NCBI GenBank assembly: GCA_964402425.1
Contig: CAYOCD010000001.1
Span: forward strand, 82,934-146,933
Reading direction: 5' to 3'
DNA: 64,000 nt
Source: an uncultured Gammaproteobacteria bacterium
GTDB lineage: Bacteria; Patescibacteriota; Patescibacteriia; UBA9934; GWF2-40-263
The notes under the pieces were generated by a model. The model saw only the letters and a list, made by a program, of their open reading frames with translations. It ran no database searches and was not told the DNA's origin. The stretch's first letter is position 1. Each line of letters opens with the position of its first letter. The position numbers and the translations under genes were made by a program. Positions 1 through 9,615 of this stretch are shown in pieces.

Positions 1-1733
1 CGAGCAAGTGTTGCACCTGTAGCTCCTGTCACCAAATCAGATGATGGAGAATCAGCGCGCTTGGTGAATGTAACATCACCAGCAGCGACTGTTTGTGCAG
101 TTGCGTTGCGAGCAGAGAATGTTGTGTTGTTTGCTTTAACCAAAATTGGTTGTTGGTAATCATATTCTGTGAAGATTGCATCAGCAGCGCTGCGCAAGCT
201 TACAGAAACAGTTCGTGTTGAACCACCAACAACGTCAGCAAGAACCTTGAATGTGTGTGAGTTTGTTGTCAATTTTACAGGTGCAGCAGAGAGGTCAAAT
301 GTGACGTATCCGTTTGCATCTTGTTTTGCAACAGCTGTTCCCTTTTGAACACCAGCTACATACAAACGCCAGTTTTTGATGTCGTCTGCATTAATAGATC
401 CGATGTTGCGGAAACGAATAGATTGAAGCCAAGCTCCGTTTGAGTTGTTTCCAACTGTAACGTTGTTCTCCCAAACCTTGAAATCATTTTCAGGAGATGG
501 AGCTGCGTCACCTGTTGGGTTTGTTGTTGAAGCAAAAGAAACAGTTCCGAATGAACTTGGAGCAGCTGCCACTGTGTGTGTAGCGCTCATAAGTGGGAAT
601 GTTCCTGCTGCAGCAAATGCGCCTACAAATCCGACGTCAGCTGCAGAAGCGAGCTTAAGTCCAACGGTTTGTCCAGCTGCATCTGCAACATCTGTGCGAA
701 CGTTCACTGTCACAGTTCCACCAGCTGGAATTGTGAAGAGACCTGCTGCATCATTCCAAGCAATTGTTCCGCTTGAAACAGATGCAGAGTCAGACAAACG
801 AACATATCCGTTAAAAAGATATACGTTTGAAAGAGTGCTGTCAGATGATACTCCTGTACGTGCAAGCTTAACGCTCTTTACGGAAACAGGAGATGAAGTT
901 GGGTTTGTAAAATCAAGAGCCATCAAGTTTGCTACAGCTTGTCCAGCGATCACTGTTGATGCAGCTGGTGAGCTTGCAGAAAGGGCAACAGATACATTCT
1001 GTGAAACAGTGTATGTAGGTGTTGTTACTTTTTGTGCAGCGTCTGTGAGGTTTGCCATAGCTGCTGTAACGTCAGCACCAGCTGTGAGTCCAGACTTTGT
1101 GAAGCCTGTTCCTGCAAGAACGAATCCTGCATTGTAGCCGTTAGCTGCGAATCCAGCGTCTGTGACTTTTTGATACTTTGTTCCTGCAACAAGGTATTTA
1201 CCTGAAGCGTCTGACCAGAGCATTCCGTCATATCCGGATGCTGCTGTTGTCAAAGAATCTCCAACAGTGTAGTCGGTGAAGAATACATCTGGAACGTCAT
1301 CGATGTGAGCGTTCCAATTGTCTCCGCCGAGTCCTTTAGCTGTTGCTTCGTTTTCAACCCAGCGAACTTTTCCTGAAGTTGAAACAACGTAAACTTTTTT
1401 ATCACTTGTGATTTTGATCCAACGTGCACCTGGGCGGTAAACGATGTTTCCTGCAAGAGTGATGCTTGCGAGTTCTGAATCAGAGATTGTCTTCACGGTG
1501 GAGAAATCTTTGTACCAGCTAAAATAAGTCTTTTCGTTTGGAAACGCGTAGCGTTGTCCGTTTGAACCGTAGTAGTAAACAGTAGAGAGAGAAGTTCCCT
1601 TGATCAAATCACCAAATGAAGCAGCAGAAGCTGTTGTTGGCAAAAAGGCTGAGAGACCAACAGACCAAAGAATGGTTGTAGCCGCAACAGCAACAGAGAA
1701 TGCTTTCTTTACCAATGTTGTAGAATTGGTCAT
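1..1733 (-). CDS. Secreted Thr/Ser/Ala/Val-rich surface protein; N-terminus complete, C-terminus truncated at window edge. Start ATG at 1733; signal peptide MTNSTTLVKKAFSVAVAATTILWSVGLSAFLPTTASA.
   Basis: Manual translation of the minus strand from 1733 stays open to position 1. The ORF track omits edge-truncated ORFs. The listed plus-strand ORF 445..1137 is low-complexity and lies antisense to this reading frame. Beta-rich composition, no enzymatic motifs recognised. Confidence 0.5.
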   Translation of the reverse strand, partial: MTNSTTLVKKAFSVAVAATTILWSVGLSAFLPTTASAASFGDLIKGTSLSTVYYYGSNGQRYAFPNEKTYFSWYKDFSTVKTISDSELASITLAGNIVYRPGARWIKITSDKKVYVVSTSGKVRWVENEATAKGLGGDNWNAHIDDVPDVFFTDYTVGDSLTTAASGYDGMLWSDASGKYLVAGTKYQKVTDAGFAANGYNAGFVLAGTGFTKSGLTAGADVTAAMANLTDAAQKVTTPTYTVSQNVSVALSASSPAASTVIAGQAVANLMALDFTNPTSSPVSVKSVKLARTGVSSDSTLSNVYLFNGYVRLSDSASVSSGTIAWNDAAGLFTIPAGGTVTVNVRTDVADAAGQTVGLKLASAADVGFVGAFAAAGTFPLMSATHTVAAAPSSFGTVSFASTTNPTGDAAPSPENDFKVWENNVTVGNNSNGAWLQSIRFRNIGSINADDIKNWRLYVAGVQKGTAVAKQDANGYVTFDLSAAPVKLTTNSHTFKVLADVVGGSTRTVSVSLRSAADAIFTEYDYQQPILVKANNTTFSARNATAQTVAAGDVTFTKRADSPSSDLVTGATGATLA

Positions 1734-1917
1734 AATAAGTTTTCTGTCGAAATTTTCCCGTTATACGGGAGATTAGAATTAACGATGCACTGCGAGTCTT
1801 GCGACTCTCGACTTTTCAGCGAGGCATCAAATAGACACATTACGACCCGCCAACACCTAAAATAGTGTTTGGCGAGCGAATTCGATCGTCTTCCATTAAA
1901 GAAGACAACCGTGTTCG

Positions 1918-2811
1918 TTACTCTGCAATCACGTGAGCGAATTCAATTTCTTTTAGGAGCTGAAATGCTCGGCGGTAAATCCCTGCTTTTTGTAAAGCGG
2001 TGGCATTTACTAATTTTAACTGTTCTTCTTTTGTTGCAACCAAGCTTGCGTGTGCAAAAGCCTTTTGAAAGGCAAGATCTAGTTCATGTGTATTTTCTGC
2101 TGTTACCGCTTGTTCATGTGCGGTAATAATCACTTCAACAGCCTGTTCTTTTGTTTCAGTAATCATTGTCTTAACCTCATCTACTTGTGTTTGAACATCA
2201 AGTGGAAGAGTTGATGCGGAAGACGCTACTGTACTTGTGTAAACATCCGCCTTACGACCAACAGCTCGTGCGAGCTCTGTTGCCTGAGAGGAGGTTTCTG
2301 TTTTCAGATCAGACTTAATGTTTGCAACATTTTGCTTTACACGATCCACAGCCATGGCAATTTGTGAGATATCAGACTGTTTTCCAGATGCGGCAAGGGC
2401 AACCATTTCTTCTAGGCGTCTGCTGGTGAATTCCATACGAAGCTGAGCTTTTTGTGCATTAGATGTTGTGAGCATCATTTGAACACGTTCCATCCCAAGC
2501 TTTACCGGATACAACTGATCTCCAGGCAATGTTCCAAGAGAAGCGTTTGCAACTCCGAACCACCCACCAATAAAGAGAAAAACGGAAAAGGCTACCGCAC
2601 CAACAGGTTTTAACATGACATGTGTAAAATCCCAGATATAAAACTCCAACCAATCACGCCACGTGTGATTCATGCCGGAAATATCTTCTGGGAATCCACA
2701 ATCCTTTGCGATCCTCTTCCAGTTTTTTTCCGAATCAAAATCACGGCGAAAGATTGGATCATCTTTCACCTTTGCGAAAATTTGTTTTATGTCGTCGTCT
2801 TGGAATTTCAT
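1918..2811 (-). CDS. Putative anti-sigma-factor-like membrane protein: N-terminal cytoplasmic segment, one TM helix, extracytoplasmic Ala/Thr-rich coiled region.
   Basis: Start overlaps the stop of the upstream ECF sigma gene by 4 nt (ATGA). A single hydrophobic helix (VGAVAFSVFLFIGGWFGVANA) follows a 50-aa N-terminal domain. This is the typical sigma/anti-sigma arrangement. Confidence 0.4.
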   Translation of the reverse strand: MKFQDDDIKQIFAKVKDDPIFRRDFDSEKNWKRIAKDCGFPEDISGMNHTWRDWLEFYIWDFTHVMLKPVGAVAFSVFLFIGGWFGVANASLGTLPGDQLYPVKLGMERVQMMLTTSNAQKAQLRMEFTSRRLEEMVALAASGKQSDISQIAMAVDRVKQNVANIKSDLKTETSSQATELARAVGRKADVYTSTVASSASTLPLDVQTQVDEVKTMITETKEQAVEVIITAHEQAVTAENTHELDLAFQKAFAHASLVATKEEQLKLVNATALQKAGIYRRAFQLLKEIEFAHVIAE

Positions 2812-3365
2812 ATACTTCCGAATTTATCCTTTGCTATTTTACGAAGTTTATTGACTGATCTATGTACCATGACCGTGGTTGCATTTTCTGACTTGCCAAT
2901 TGTCTCTGCGATCTCTTTCATGCTTAATTCATCATGATAACGAAGGAGAATGACCTGAGCTTCATCTGCATCCAGTTCTTCAATAACAGATTTAAGAAAA
3001 TTTGCGTCTATCTTATTAATGGTCTCTTTTTCAAATTTGGTTGAGCTATAGCCTTCCATGAAGGTTTCATCAAACACAGCTTCCGAGACACGCCGACCCT
3101 TTGTTCGATAAAATTCAGCAATGACGGATCTTGCGATTGTATAGGCAACCGCTGGAAAAGATTCGATTTTTGTTTGAGTTGTATACCCCCACAAACGAAG
3201 TGCTGTTTCAGAATAAGCGTCTTCCGCATCTTGCACACGAGGAAGCTTGGCTTTCAAAAGCCCCTTAATTCTTGGGGAGACTTCGTTCAGCATCTTTTCA
3301 AAGGATTTGTGATCCTGAAAGGTCCGAACACGAAAGAGGTGAAATTGTTCAGCTGTTTTGTGCAC
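2808..3365 (-). CDS. ECF-type RNA polymerase sigma factor (sigma-70 family, regions 2 and 4).
   Basis: Region 2-like DAEDAYSETALRLWGY...AYTIARSVIAEFYR. Region 4-like LSMKEIAETIGKSENATTVMVHRSVNKLRK. Translationally coupled to the downstream membrane-protein gene. Confidence 0.7.
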   Translation of the reverse strand: MHKTAEQFHLFRVRTFQDHKSFEKMLNEVSPRIKGLLKAKLPRVQDAEDAYSETALRLWGYTTQTKIESFPAVAYTIARSVIAEFYRTKGRRVSEAVFDETFMEGYSSTKFEKETINKIDANFLKSVIEELDADEAQVILLRYHDELSMKEIAETIGKSENATTVMVHRSVNKLRKIAKDKFGSI

Positions 3366-3568
3366 ACGTAAAGATGCCTTTTAAATATTTACATTACAAT
3401 TACCAAACGATACGCTCAATTTAGCAAAAAATCAATGGTTCGTTCCCTATTTTGACTTTTTGGTCATATTTGGCTACACTGGTGTGGACAATAAGGTTAT
3501 TCACAAGGATAAAGAAAGAAATAAGCTAAGGCAGATGCCTCTTCTTTCCCTCACCCCTTCTTTTCCCT

Positions 3569-3847
3569 ATGCAACCCATCATCCGCCTCTCTGTTTCAGA
3601 AGCTTCCAAACTATTTGGAGTAAGCCAAAGAACTATTCGTCGTGCAATTGCATCTCAAGCTGTAACATATGTTGTGGTTCAAGGACGATACAAAATCAAT
3701 TTTGAATCCATTCTTAGATGGTCACAGCACACAACAACGGTTCGCAATAAAAGAGATAAACAAGGAATCGGACAATATGTTGATCAGTGGAAAGTAAAAA
3801 ACAAGCTATTTTCTCCAAATCCAAGTGCTGTTCAACATGATGTATGA
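3569..3847 (+). CDS. Small helix-turn-helix DNA-binding protein (excisionase/AlpA/MerR-like HTH_17 type).
   Basis: LSVSEASKLFGVSQRTIRRAIASQAVTYVVVQGRYKINFESILRW matches the excisionase-family HTH pattern (E-A-a-x-l-l-g-v-s-x-x-t-i-x-r). Ends 4 nt into the next gene. Could be spurious. Confidence 0.35.
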   Translation: MQPIIRLSVSEASKLFGVSQRTIRRAIASQAVTYVVVQGRYKINFESILRWSQHTTTVRNKRDKQGIGQYVDQWKVKNKLFSPNPSAVQHDV

Positions 3848-5868
3848 AACGCGCACTTGTCCTGCTTCTCATTCTTACATTTACCTGCGGCGTCTTTCTG
3901 AAGACGTCTAGTGCTTTTAATCAGCCTAATACCTTTGTTCGCACAGCGAACTATTTTTTGTTATCGGGAACAGAACTAGAAAAACCAGAGACCATTCAAG
4001 CGCTTGCACAATTTAATCTCATTGTGATTCCGCTTGAAGCACAGGTCTACAATAAAAACTTCTTTAAAACGATAAGAAGTCTCAACAAGAATATCATTAT
4101 ATTGGCATATGTTCCAACCGTAAGTTGGAACGATTTATATTGGACGGATCCGTTACATCAAGCACAATATCCTGATATTCAATCAAACTGGTGGCTGCGG
4201 GACGCAAACGGGAACCAAGTTTCCGTTTGGCCAAACACACGCGCACTTAACCTCAATACTGGATGGTCCAATTACCTAGCTCATTATGTGAAAGACATGG
4301 TCTTATCGACCGGGCTCTGGGATGGAATTTTTTATGATGAAGTTCAAGATTCCATTTCCTGGGTTGGTACTACGGATGTTGATCAAAATGGACTCAATGA
4401 TTCCGCCCAAACAGCCGATCAACTCTGGGCAAAAAAATACACAGAACTTTTTGCACAAACACGTGCACTTATTGGACAAGACGCTATCATGATTACAAAC
4501 GGAAGTTCAAACCCTGCGTTTGCGCCATACGTAAATGGCCGCATGTTTGAAACATTCCCTTCTTCCACAAACAACCTTACGGAATGGAAAAAAGCAACAC
4601 AAGATTATCTTTCACAAGCAAAACGTGTCGGATATCAAAATGTAGATATCATAAACGTTAACTCTGAAAACACAGGCATAAAAAATGATTACCAAAAAGT
4701 TCGATTCGGCATTACCACAACCCTGCTTGGAAATGGGTATTTTGGATTCGATTTTGGAACACAAAGCCACAACCAACTTTGGACCTACGATGAATTCCCT
4801 ATTGCCCTCGGTGCCCCAAAAACATCCCTGATGAATGTTTTTGATTCTGCAAAAACGGCAATCGATCAAGGGGTTTGGCAACGAGACTTTGAACGTGGAC
4901 GCGTTGTTGTAAATGCGACGGCAAACACCATAACCATTCCGCTTAACGCGGATTTTGAAAAAATTCACGGAACACAAGACCCTTCCACAAATGACGGATC
5001 AGTCGTTTCAGAAATCACACTTGCGGCCCGCGACGGCATTATTTTATTGCGTCCTATCGATAAAATCATCAACGCTCCTTTTCGCAACGGAGCATTTGCC
5101 CGCATATTCGACACAAACGGAAAAACAACACGCACAGGGTTTTTTGCCTACGATCATCAATTCAAAGGAGGAATTCAAATCGAACACATTGACTGGAATC
5201 ACGATGGAAGATTAGACACAATCGTCGCAGATCAATCAACCGTTCGATTATATGATGCAGACGGTACCCTCTTCTCCACATTCACTCCTTATGGCGATAC
5301 ATACAAAAACGGCGTAAACATCGCCGTAGCACCACTCGAAAAAAACGGTGATTATAAAATCATCACAGGAACACTTCACGAAAAAGCGATTGTGAAAATC
5401 TTCGATCTCACGGGTCGTGTTGTTCATGATGGATTCTATGCGTATGACAAAAACTTCCAAGGAGGCGTAAATATCGCTGTCGCAGATCTAAACGGTGATG
5501 GATCAAAACAAATCATTACATCGGCGGCAGCAAACGGCGGTGCGCATATTCGTATCTTTAACAAAGACGGGAAACTCCTTTCTCCAGGTTTTTTTGCCTA
5601 CGATAAAAAATTCCGTGGGGGTGCATATGTTGCGACCGGAGATGTTGATGGAGACAAAAAAGACGATATTGTCACAGGAATGGGTATCGGGGGCACTCCG
5701 GAAATCCGGATCTTTGATAAATCAGGAAAACTCAAAAAAACATTCCTTGCTTCTCAATCATCAAAAAAAACTGGAATAAAAATTGCCGTAACAGACCTTG
5801 ATGGAAACAATAGAGCGGAAATTATTGCTCTCACAACAGACGTATTTACCTTGAGTGTGTTTAAATAA
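3844..5868 (+). CDS. Secreted protein: N-terminal TIM-barrel glycoside-hydrolase-like domain (GH114/TM1410-like, motif LWDGIFYDEV) plus C-terminal FG-GAP/VCBS-type repeats.
   Basis: Signal peptide MKRALVLLLILTFTCGVFLKTSSA. Six or more repeats of FFAYD..F.GG...A..D.NGDG. in the C-terminal 300 aa. Family assignment of the N-terminal domain is by motif resemblance only. Confidence 0.55.
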   Translation: MKRALVLLLILTFTCGVFLKTSSAFNQPNTFVRTANYFLLSGTELEKPETIQALAQFNLIVIPLEAQVYNKNFFKTIRSLNKNIIILAYVPTVSWNDLYWTDPLHQAQYPDIQSNWWLRDANGNQVSVWPNTRALNLNTGWSNYLAHYVKDMVLSTGLWDGIFYDEVQDSISWVGTTDVDQNGLNDSAQTADQLWAKKYTELFAQTRALIGQDAIMITNGSSNPAFAPYVNGRMFETFPSSTNNLTEWKKATQDYLSQAKRVGYQNVDIINVNSENTGIKNDYQKVRFGITTTLLGNGYFGFDFGTQSHNQLWTYDEFPIALGAPKTSLMNVFDSAKTAIDQGVWQRDFERGRVVVNATANTITIPLNADFEKIHGTQDPSTNDGSVVSEITLAARDGIILLRPIDKIINAPFRNGAFARIFDTNGKTTRTGFFAYDHQFKGGIQIEHIDWNHDGRLDTIVADQSTVRLYDADGTLFSTFTPYGDTYKNGVNIAVAPLEKNGDYKIITGTLHEKAIVKIFDLTGRVVHDGFYAYDKNFQGGVNIAVADLNGDGSKQIITSAAANGGAHIRIFNKDGKLLSPGFFAYDKKFRGGAYVATGDVDGDKKDDIVTGMGIGGTPEIRIFDKSGKLKKTFLASQSSKKTGIKIAVTDLDGNNRAEIIALTTDVFTLSVFK

Positions 5869-5874
5869 ATTTGT

Positions 5875-7704
5875 ATGACCGTTGAACCAAAAAAAAATCA
5901 CTCACTTAAGGGTGAACCGCTTAAAACACCACACTCCTTGTTTGGGCACATGGTGTATCTTTCGATTCATCCGGGTCGATTATTTCTTCTTCCCTTCAAG
6001 CATTGGTTTGAAAAACATTATTCCGGAAAATACAAATTTGATCGAGCGGTTTATTCATTCGACCTTGCATTAATTGGTTCTGTCATTGCCTTATTCTTGA
6101 TCGCCCTTTTTCTCATTCTTGTTCCACCAAAACAATTTCGTGATGATATTTCATTTCGTGCAACCGTTGCTCCTCACGAAATCGTCTCCGGCGCATCCTC
6201 TACACTCGTTCTCACCTATCAAAACAACACAAGCGAGCCATTGCGCAACCCAAAACTCACCCTCTCATTTCCAAAACATTTTCTCTTACAATCCGTTTCC
6301 TCAAACGAAACGAACGTAGATACACAAAATATTCCGCTTCATGATATTCCCATTGACGGAACAGGGACAATTCATATTCGAGGAGTGATGTTTGGAGATG
6401 TGGGTGGAGAACAAACGTTTGGAAGCACTCTTGTCTTTACGCACGGAAAAGAAACAGATGTTATAGATCAAAAAACAGCCTATTATACTTTTTCCCCGAA
6501 ACGTTCCACACTCTCCCTTGATCTCAATCTTCCAAAACAAATTATCTCATCACAAACAATGTCAGGAACAATCACCTATAAAAACACAGGCCTCATTGAT
6601 TACCGAAAGATTCAAATAAAACCAGAATGGCCCGACGGATTCACCTTTAAAGACGCATCAGCACAAATGCAAGACGGAGCGTTCATTGTATCCAACATAA
6701 AAGCAGGCTCAAGCGGTAGTATTCATTTCACAGGAAAACTTGATGATATTCCAAACAATCTCTCGTTTCGCTTCCATCCATCATTTGCTTTTGAAACAGC
6801 CCAATATAAACAAGAAACTCTCGTAAGAGACGCGCCAATTCTTCCTGCACAAATTCAACTCAAACATTTTTTTGAAACAAATGTTCTTACCCCAGGAACA
6901 GAGGCAACCCTTCACGTCACCTACAAACACATTGGAAAAGAAATTCTACGCAATGTTGAAATAATATTTACTTCACGCGATCCATTTATCACCAATCAAA
7001 CACTCCGAGTTTTAGATGTCGACACATTAAACCCCGGAGATGAGAAAGATCTTGTCTTTCAAGTTCCTATTCGAGATTCTGTTGCAACAAATCTTCTCAC
7101 ATCCTATGAAAATCTTCGCGTGCGAACAAACACGATCGCACACTATTCACTTGATCAATTGCCAAATGAACAACTTTCTACCTCAAGCGACGAACTCCAA
7201 ACTCCTCTTACAACCCCACTCAACATAGAATCTTTCGCACGATACACAAGTCCCGGAGGTGATCAAATTGGTCGAGGACCTCTTCCTCCACGCGTGCAAC
7301 AAAAAACAAGCTATTGGATTTTCTGGAATGTGGACGGAACAACAAACCCACTTCAAAACACAATCATTGAGGGCACCCTTCCATCAAACGTCTCTTTTTC
7401 AGGAAACACAACCGCATCTGAAGATGAAGGAGTAACGTTTGATCCTCTAACCAGGAAAATCACTTGGGATCTTGCCCAAGTCCCACCTACACTGAATCCC
7501 GAAAGCAAAGTCTATAGTGTTGCTTTTGAGGTCATTCTCATACCAACAACAGCGCAAATCGGTTCCAGTGCTCCACTCCTGCAAAAGACGTCTTTTACAG
7601 GACAAGATGCGGTAACAGGCGTTACGCGCACCATCTCAAAACCAGACATCACCACAAATCTTCCAAGCGACACAATGGCTAAAAATAAAGCTATTGTCAG
7701 ATAG
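5875..7704 (+). CDS. Large single-pass membrane protein with repeated beta-rich extracellular domains (DUF11/CARDB-like?). Probably co-transcribed with 3844..5868.
   Basis: 7-nt gap from the upstream gene. One TM helix (LALIGSVIALFLIALFLILVP) after a 60-aa cytoplasmic N-terminus. Followed by a clear intrinsic terminator. Confidence 0.5.
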   Translation: MTVEPKKNHSLKGEPLKTPHSLFGHMVYLSIHPGRLFLLPFKHWFEKHYSGKYKFDRAVYSFDLALIGSVIALFLIALFLILVPPKQFRDDISFRATVAPHEIVSGASSTLVLTYQNNTSEPLRNPKLTLSFPKHFLLQSVSSNETNVDTQNIPLHDIPIDGTGTIHIRGVMFGDVGGEQTFGSTLVFTHGKETDVIDQKTAYYTFSPKRSTLSLDLNLPKQIISSQTMSGTITYKNTGLIDYRKIQIKPEWPDGFTFKDASAQMQDGAFIVSNIKAGSSGSIHFTGKLDDIPNNLSFRFHPSFAFETAQYKQETLVRDAPILPAQIQLKHFFETNVLTPGTEATLHVTYKHIGKEILRNVEIIFTSRDPFITNQTLRVLDVDTLNPGDEKDLVFQVPIRDSVATNLLTSYENLRVRTNTIAHYSLDQLPNEQLSTSSDELQTPLTTPLNIESFARYTSPGGDQIGRGPLPPRVQQKTSYWIFWNVDGTTNPLQNTIIEGTLPSNVSFSGNTTASEDEGVTFDPLTRKITWDLAQVPPTLNPESKVYSVAFEVILIPTTAQIGSSAPLLQKTSFTGQDAVTGVTRTISKPDITTNLPSDTMAKNKAIVR

Positions 7705-7715
7705 AAAAAACGTAA

Positions 7716-7741
7716 AAAACGCCCAATTTTGGGCGTTTTTT
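7716..7741 (+). terminator. Rho-independent terminator (10-bp perfect stem AAAACGCCCA/TGGGCGTTTT, 4-nt loop, T-run).
   Basis: Seen directly in the sequence aaaacgcccaattttgggcgtttttt, immediately after the stop of 5875..7704. Confidence 0.6.
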
Positions 7742-7752
7742 ACGTTTAACCA

Positions 7753-7781
7753 TTGACAAAAACCTCATTTTCTGGTATCCT
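7753..7781 (+). promoter_or_regulatory. Sigma-70-like promoter: TTGACA, 17-nt spacer, TATCCT. Lies upstream of the GT4 gene.
   Basis: cattgacaaaaacctcattttctggtatcct, 32 nt upstream of the ATG at 7814. Confidence 0.35.
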
Positions 7782-7813
7782 CCGGCGTTAAAACATGTTA
7801 AAAAACTGGGGAT

Positions 7814-8968
7814 ATGAAGATTGCCATGATTGGACAAAAAGGCATTCCAGCCAAAGCTGGAGGCATTGAGCGCCACGTAGAAGAACTCTCTGTGGAGCTT
7901 GCGCGTCGGGGACATGAAGTCCATGCATTTTGTCGTTCCTGGTATGCATGGCCAATCCAAGATTATCGTGGTGTGCATTGCATAAAAGCACCGACAATTG
8001 CCACAAAACACCTTGATGCGATCGTTCATACGTTTACATCAATTATTTTGGCCGTTCGACAAAATGCAGATATTATTCATATCCACGGGGTTGGCCCTGC
8101 CCTTTTAGCGTGGCTTCCAAAACTCCTTCGACCAAAAACAAAGGTGATTGTCACGTTTCACTGTATTGATCGTCATCACCAAAAATGGAATTGGTTTGCA
8201 CGTTTTATGCTCGCAATCGGAGAACGCTTTGCGTGTTTTGCTCCAGATGCGACCATCGCCGTTTCAAAAACCCTCGAGGCTTACTGCCGCATGAACTACA
8301 GCGTTAACACAAAATATATTCCAAACGGAACGCAAGTTCCAATCATCGAATCGGACAAGTCACATCTTGAAACATTCAAACTCGAGCCACAAAAATATCT
8401 CATGTTCTGTGCACGACTCGTGAAGCACAAAGGGGCGCACGTATTCGTTGAAGCTTGGAAAGAGGTAAAAAAACTTCGACCAGATCTCACACACGACATG
8501 AAAATTGCTATTGTGGGAGGAAGTGCATTTACAGATGATTATGTAAAATCACTTACAACTCTCTCAAAAGACGAACCTTCGATTATTCTCACAGGAACAC
8601 AAATTGGAGACACACTCCACACACTCTTCTCAAACAGTTATGCCGTTGTTCACCCTTCTGAATCAGAAGGACTCCCGATTGCTGTGCTTGAAGCGATGAG
8701 TTATGGAAAATGCGTGCTCTCATCTGACATTCCTGAAAATATGGAATTAACAAAAGACCACGGTCTCACCTTCCGTGTTGGGGATGTCCACGATCTCACA
8801 CAAAAAATCATCATGATGCTCGAAGCTCCGGAGCATGTAGCTGCCGTCGGAAAAGAAGCACGCTTGCATGTTGCAAAACATTACGACTGGAAAGACATTG
8901 CTGAGACAACAGAATATTTGTACGAACTTGTTTCCCTCGATCCATCCTTCGAAGAAGCAAAAGTATAA
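7814..8968 (+). CDS. Glycosyltransferase family 4 (GT-B fold, glycosyl transferase group 1).
   Basis: N-terminal IPAKAGGIERHVEELSVELARRGHEV. C-terminal E-x7-E motif region ESEGLPIAVLEAMSYGKCVLSSD. Confidence 0.75.
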   Translation: MKIAMIGQKGIPAKAGGIERHVEELSVELARRGHEVHAFCRSWYAWPIQDYRGVHCIKAPTIATKHLDAIVHTFTSIILAVRQNADIIHIHGVGPALLAWLPKLLRPKTKVIVTFHCIDRHHQKWNWFARFMLAIGERFACFAPDATIAVSKTLEAYCRMNYSVNTKYIPNGTQVPIIESDKSHLETFKLEPQKYLMFCARLVKHKGAHVFVEAWKEVKKLRPDLTHDMKIAIVGGSAFTDDYVKSLTTLSKDEPSIILTGTQIGDTLHTLFSNSYAVVHPSESEGLPIAVLEAMSYGKCVLSSDIPENMELTKDHGLTFRVGDVHDLTQKIIMMLEAPEHVAAVGKEARLHVAKHYDWKDIAETTEYLYELVSLDPSFEEAKV

Positions 8969-8976
8969 AAAATAAC

Positions 8977-9010
8977 CCCCACCCGTAAGCGAAAGCACGG
9001 GTGGGGTTTT
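8977..9010 (+). terminator. Rho-independent terminator (10-bp stem CCCCACCCGT/ACGGGTGGGG followed by TTTT).
   Basis: ccccacccgtaagcgaaagcacgggtggggtttt, directly after the GT4 stop. Confidence 0.55.
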
Positions 9011-9059
9011 GATTTGCAACAAAAAAAACCGAATACAATGTATTCGGAAGTGTACTCAA

Positions 9060-9551
9060 TCAACAATCGATCGAGGTCTGCCAACGGATCTGATCCGCAG
9101 CACTGAATTCTGTATTCTTCTTGGTTTTACCAGTAACATCGCCACAGCAGTTTGCAAGCGCGAAACTCATTTCAAAATGTGCCTCAAGAACACGTCGTGC
9201 AACATCCGTTCCTTTGAGTCGCATCACCTGTGCCCCGAGCACGGAGTCCGGATCCACGTCAATCTTGAGACCACCGGAAGGCAACCACTCATGACGCAAG
9301 ACTGCGTGAGCGATTTCATGCCCGAACCCATGCATCTGCTCACGCACAAACGCACTCGCATTTTCGATCTTGCTGTTCCACGCCTCAACAAGCAGGTGCG
9401 AGAACTGATAGCCGTACGGCGTATCCGTCTTGATGGCCTCGAGGAGTGCCTCGCTCGCCTGTGCGTCCGTGGCCGTTTCTGGTGTCACACCAAGATTCTG
9501 CAGATTCGTAAGAGCGGAAGGAAACGACATGTCAAACTCCTGAAAGAACAA
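9060..9551 (-). CDS. Putative zinc metallopeptidase (HExxH; ImmA/IrrE/DUF955-like).
   Basis: HEIAHAVLRHE motif with a downstream Glu. No signal peptide. Confidence 0.4.
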   Translation of the reverse strand: MFFQEFDMSFPSALTNLQNLGVTPETATDAQASEALLEAIKTDTPYGYQFSHLLVEAWNSKIENASAFVREQMHGFGHEIAHAVLRHEWLPSGGLKIDVDPDSVLGAQVMRLKGTDVARRVLEAHFEMSFALANCCGDVTGKTKKNTEFSAADQIRWQTSIDC

Positions 9552-9615
9552 GCGCGAATCACCCTATGTGACCCGCGATCAAACAACATTCGTACATTGT
9601 CTCATCGCGAATCAC

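Noticed and set aside
445-1137. 230-aa plus-strand ORF of low-complexity P/A/T/S/V sequence
   Set aside because: Antisense shadow of the real minus-strand gene 1..1733, which translates cleanly with a signal peptide. The ORF track simply omits edge-truncated ORFs.
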